Shown in pieces: positions 58,460 to 64,000 of a DNA stretch of 64,000 bases (position 1 is its first letter; every line of letters starts with the position of its first letter). A program made the position numbers and the translations under genes. Source of the DNA: Macrostomum hystrix (lineage: Eukaryota; Animalia; Platyhelminthes); NCBI GenBank assembly GCA_950097015.1, contig CATNEN010000039.1, positions 5,332,001-5,396,000 on the forward strand, written 5' to 3'. Under the pieces are notes generated by a model, which searched no databases, was not told where the DNA came from, and saw only the letters and a list, made by a program, of their open reading frames with translations.

Positions 58460-61143
58460 GTGGATGGTGGATTGTGGATTGTGGATTGTAGATTGTGGAT
58501 TGTAAATTGTAGATAGTAGATAATGGATTTTAGATTGTAGACTGTGGATTGTAGATAGTGGATTGTGGATTGTTGACTGTGGATTGTAGATAGTGGATTG
58601 TGGATTGTTGACTGTGGATTGTAGATAGTGGATTGTGGATTGTTGACTGTGGATTGTAGATAGTGGTTTGTGGATTGTTGACTGTGGATTGTAGATAGTA
58701 GATTGTGGATTGTGGATTGTAGATAGTGGATTGTAGATAGTGGATTGTAGATAGTGGATTATGGATTGCAGACTGTGGATTGTAGATTGTAGATAGTGGA
58801 TTGTGGATTGTGGATTGTAGATTGTAGATAGTGGATTGTAGATAGTGGATTGTAGACTGTGGATTGTGGATTGTTGACTGTGGATTGTAGATAGTAGATT
58901 GTGGATTGTGGATTGTAGATAGTGGATTGTAGATTGTGGATTGTGGATTGTAGATAGTGGATTGTAGACTGTGGACTGTGGATTGTGGATTGTAGATTGT
59001 GGATTGTAGACTGCAGACTGTGGACTGCAGATTGTGGACTGTAGATTGGGGATTGTGGATTGTGGATTGTGAATTGTGGATTGTGGATTGTAGATTGTGG
59101 ATTGTGGATTGTGGATTGTGGATTGTAGATTGTGGATTGTGGATTGTGGATTGTGGATTGTGGATTCTGGATTGTGGATTGTGGATTGTGGATTGAAGAT
59201 TGTGGATTGTAGATAGTGGATTGTGGATTGTGGATTGTGGATTGTAGATTGTAGATAGTGGATTGTAGATAGTGGATTGTAGACTGTGGATTGTGGATTG
59301 TTGACTGTGGATTGTAGATAGTAGATTGTGGATTGTGGATTGTAGATAGTGGATTGTAGATTGTGGATTGTGGATTGTAGATAGTGGATTGTAGATAGTG
59401 GATTATAGATTGTAGCCTGTGGATTGTAGATAGTAGATTGTGGATTGTTGACTGTGGATTGTAGATAGTGGATTGTGGATTGTTGACTGTGGATTGTAGA
59501 TAGTAGATTGTGGATTGTGGATTGTAGATAGTGGATTGTGGATTGTAGATAGTGGATTGTAGACTGTGGATTGTGGACTGTGGACTGTAGATTGTAGATA
59601 GTGGATTGTGGACTGTGGATTGGGGATTGTAGACTGTGGATTGTAGACTGTGGATTGTGGATTGTGGACTGTAGATTGTAGATAGCGGATTGTGGACTGT
59701 GGATTGTGGATTGTAGACTGTGGATTGTAGACTGTGGATTGTGGATTGTAGACTGTGGATTGTAGACTGTGGATTGTGGATTGTAGACTGTGGATTGTAT
59801 ATAGTGGATTGTAGACTGTGGATTGTGGATTGTAGACTGTGGATTGTGGACTGCAGATTGTGGATTGTAGACTGTGGACTGTGGATTGTGGATTGTAGAT
59901 TGTGGATTGTAGACTGCAGACTGTGGACTGCAGATTGTGGACTGTAGATTGGGGATTGTGGATTGTGGATTGTGAATTGTGGATTGTGGATTGTAGATTG
60001 TGGATTGTGGATTGTGGATTGTGGATTGTAGATTGTGGATTGTGGATTGTGGATTGTGGATTGTAGATTGTGGATTGTAGATAGTGGATTGTGAATTGTG
60101 GATTGTGGATTGTAGATTGTAGATTGTGGATTGTGGATTGTGGATTGTGGATTGTAGATTGTGGATTGTGGATTGTGGATTGTGGATTGTAGATAGTGGA
60201 TTGTAGATAGTGGATTGTAGACTGTGTATTGTGGATTGTTGACTGTGGTCTGTAGATAGTAGATTGTGGATTGTGGATTGTAGATAGTGGATTGTAGATT
60301 GTGGATTGTGGATTGTAGATAGTGGATTGTAGATAGTGGATTATAGATTGTAGACTGTGGATTGTAGATAGTAGATTGTGGATTGTAGCCTGTGGATTGT
60401 AGCCTGTGGATTGTAGATAGTAGATTGTGGATTGTTGACTGTGGATTGTAGATAGTAGATTGTGGATTGTGGATTGTGGATAGTGGATTGTGGATTGTAG
60501 ATAGTGGATTGTAGACTGTGGATTGTGGACTGTGGACTGCAGATTGTGGACTGTAGATTGTGGATTGTGGATTGTGGATTGTGGATTCTGGATTGTAGAT
60601 TGTGGATTGTGGATTGTGGATTGTGGATTGTAGATTGTAGATAGTGGATTGTAGATAGTGGATTGTAGACTGTGGATTGTGGATTGTTGACTGTGGATTG
60701 TAGATACTAGATTGTGGATTGTGGATTGTAGATAGTGGATTGTAGATAGTTGATTATGGATTGTAGACTGTGGATTGTAGATAGTGGATTGTAGACTGTG
60801 GATTGTGGACTGTAGATCGTAGATAGTGGATTGTAGACTGTGGATTGTGGACTGTAGATCGTAGATAGTGGATTGTAGACTGTGGATTGTGGATTGTAGA
60901 TTGTGGATTGTAGATAGTGGATTGTAGACTGTGGATTGGGGATTGTGGATTGTAGACTGTGGATTGTGGACTGTAGATCGTAGATAGTGGATTGTAGACT
61001 GTGGATTGTGGATTGTAGATTTTAGATTGTAGATAGTGGATTTGTAGATTGTGGGTTGTAGATTGTGGATTGTGGATTGTAGATTGTGGACTGTAGATTG
61101 TGGATTGTGGATTGTAGATTGTGGACTGTAGATTGTTTGTGGA
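58460..61143. repeat. 7-bp satellite (gtggatt/gtagatt/gtagata/gtagact variants)
   Basis: Directly visible; abuts the Ig2b exon acceptor. Confidence 0.97.
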
Positions 61144-61960
61144 TTTTGTCATCGAGACTGTGTAGTTATTAATGTTTCAAATTAGTTCATCAAATAACAA
61201 CCTTTAAACAGTCGACCGCCCCAAAAGTGCAAATAATTATGTTACAGACAAGAGCTCTGTATTCACTAGATTGCCTGTCCAATAACTGTTCCGTAGCCGC
61301 CAACTCAAAGACAGTTGCCAAACGGTTTGGTTTGTCACAGAGAAGCCCGCAGCAATGCGGCCACTGATTTTGTCAGGCAGTTCGCCGCGGGGCTGCTTCC
61401 GTCTGAAAACTGGGACTTACCTCCCCTCCCCCCGGCGGATGGGGCTTCGTGCAGTCTTGCTCCCCCACTCTCTCCTCTTTTTCCTGTATCTATGCTCCCC
61501 TCAGCAATTTGACTTGCGGCCACAGTAGCCTGCAGGATGTGCGCGTGTCCGCGAGTTCCAGAGGGGGCGATGGGGTATAGCAGTGAGGGCTCAGAGTTAG
61601 GCTTGGCCTGAGTAGGTATGGAGTATGTTTGGGTCCGCAATATTGGGCAGTTTAGGTGGGCATTTGGGCTGTCGGCATTCGACTGAATTGAAAATAGATA
61701 CAGCAAAGCACGCGAGCCCAGATTGGGGAGGTGGGGTAGGTGGTTCGATCTGAGAGGGCCGAAAAGAGTCCAGAAAAATGAATTGCAACACTGGCTCAGC
61801 AAACAGTGGAAATGCTGCCTTGGACTCAGACTCAAATGAATAGACCAGACTCGGGACTCTCCTAGCTATTACTAAGGCATGCCAATTTCATTCTGCTATC
61901 CAATAGGAAATGTAGAATTTGGCATACAAGCACGGAGGACTGGCAACTCTAAATAACAGT

Positions 61961-63748
61961 AGATAGAATTAGACTCTAGATAGAATTAGACTCTAGATAG
62001 AATTAGACTCAATTCAGATAGAATTAGACTCATTTTAGATAGAATTAGACTCAATTTAGATAGAATTAGACTCAATTTAGATAGAATTAGACTCAATTTA
62101 GATAGAATTAGACTCTAGATAGAATTAGACTCAATTTAGATAGAATTAGACTCAATTTAGATAGAATTAGACTCAATTTAGATAGAATTAGACTCAATTT
62201 AGATAGAATTAGACTCCAGATAGAATTAGACTCAATTTAGATAGAATTAGACTCATTTCAGATAGAATTAGACTCAATTTAGATAGAATTAGACTCAATT
62301 TAGATAGAATTAGACTCCAGATAGAATTAGACTCAATTTAGATAGAATTAGACTCATTTCAGATAGAATTAGACTAATTTCAGATAGAATTAGACTCATT
62401 TCAGATAGAATTATACTAATTTCAGATAGAATTAGACTCTTTTCAGATAGAATTAGACTCATTTCAGATAGAATTAGACTCATTTCAGATAGAATTAGAC
62501 TCATTTCAGATAGAATTAGACTCATTTCAGATAGAATTAGACTCATTTCAGATAGAATTAGACTCATTTCAGATAGAATTATACTCATTTCAGATAGAAT
62601 TATACTCATTTCAGATAGAATTAGACTCATTTAGATAGAATTAGACTCATTTCAGATAGAATTAGACTCATTTTAGATAGAATTAGACTCAATTCAGATA
62701 GAATTAGACTCAATTCAGATAGAATTAGACTCCAGATAGAATTAGACTCAATTTAGATAGAATTAGACTCATTTCAGATAGAATTAGACTCATTTCAGAT
62801 AGAATTAGACTAATTTCAGATAGAATTAGACTCTTTTCAGATAGAATTAGACTAATTTCAGATAGAATTAGACTCATTTCAGATAGAATTAGACTAATTT
62901 CAGATAGAATTAGACTCATTTCAGATAGAATTAGACTCATTTCAGATAGAATTATACTCATTTCAGATAGAATTATACTCATTTCAGATAGAATTATACT
63001 CATTTTAGATAGAATTAGACTCATTTCAGATAGAATTAGACTCATTTCAGATAGAATTAGACTCATTTTAGATAGAATTAGACTCAATTCAGATAGAATT
63101 AGACTCATTTTAGATAGAATTAGACTCAATTCAGATAGAATTAGACTCATTTTAGATAGAATTAGACTCATTTCAGATAGAATTAGACTCAATTCAGATA
63201 GAATTAGACTCATTTCAGATAGAATTAGACTCATTTCAGATAGAATTAGACTCAATTCAGATAGAATTAGACTCATTTCAGATAGAATTAGACTCATTTC
63301 AGATAGAATTATACTCATTTCAGATAGAATTATACTCATTTCAGATAGAATTATACTCATTTTAGATAGAATTAGACTCATTTCAGATAGAATTAGACTC
63401 ATTTTAGATAGAATTAGACTCAATTCAGATAGAATTAGACTCATTTCAGATAGAATTAGACTCAATTCAGATAGAATTAGACTCATTTTAGATAGAATTA
63501 GACTCAATTCAGATAGAATTAGACTCATTTTAGATAGAATTAGACTCAATTCAGATAGAATTAGACTCAATTCAGATAGAATTAGACTCATTTTAGATAG
63601 AATTAGACTCAATTCAGATAGAATTAGACTCAATTCAGATAGAATTAGACTCATTTTAGATAGAATTAGACTCAATTCAGATAGAATTAGACTCAATTCA
63701 GATAGAATTAGACTCAATTCAGATCGAATTAGACTCAATTGAGATAGA
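61961..63748. repeat. 21-bp AT-rich minisatellite (gatagaattagactcatttca)
   Basis: Directly visible. Confidence 0.97.
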
Positions 63749-64000
63749 ACGCAGCTCTGTTAAATAATGGACCAGCTGACCTGTGCTCATATTTGGTAGT
63801 AAATTGTTTTATTCTCTGAGCTGCTCAAGTCGGTGAGCAACCTACATTTTTAGGACCAGGAAATTGAGCATTGTACGGAACTTCACACATTTACTGCCTA
63901 TAAAACCATAAAGGAGTGTATCAAAGTTAGCGATAGAACCAAAGGTAAAAAAGCTCACGCAGCTTTTTCATTGATCTCTGTGATCATTCTGTGCCTTTTT

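Noticed and set aside
855-63738. Long ORFs over tandem arrays (e.g. 17835-18704, 37731-38851, 53966-54547, 55133-56755, 62725-63738)
   Set aside because: They are translations of stop-free minisatellite units inside introns of identified genes; several arrays are open in multiple frames and none shows a domain signal.

Overview
Eukaryotic (metazoan) genomic DNA with GT-AG introns, polyQ-rich GC-rich exons and a very high load of intronic minisatellites. The style suggests the flatworm Macrostomum lignano, but this is inference only. Four intron-containing genes were reconstructed by hand: a centriolin (CNTRL)-like gene (minus, 5' part, runs off the left edge), pICln/CLNS1A (plus, complete), a divergent C-terminal-motor kinesin-14 (minus, apparently complete), and a large LAR-type receptor tyrosine phosphatase (minus; Ig2b-Ig3, 9 FN3, TM, D1, D2; 5' end beyond the right edge). 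Non-coding content includes about 30 different tandem arrays, two tRNA-derived SINE families (one CORE-like) and one TIR MITE. Most long ORFs in the supplied track are artefacts of repeats. The most interesting leads are: (i) an in-frame signal peptide hidden in a LAR intron, suggesting a short internal-promoter isoform; (ii) candidate 12-nt and 6-nt microexons at the LAR Ig2-Ig3 (meB) position; (iii) a SINE 3' end that forms a LAR splice acceptor; (iv) intron-private minisatellites that start just downstream of 5' splice sites and are sometimes copied locally, including inverted around exons; (v) an HDV-ribozyme P3/L3-identical 14-mer inside one SINE family. Exon boundaries are manual and have no transcript support.
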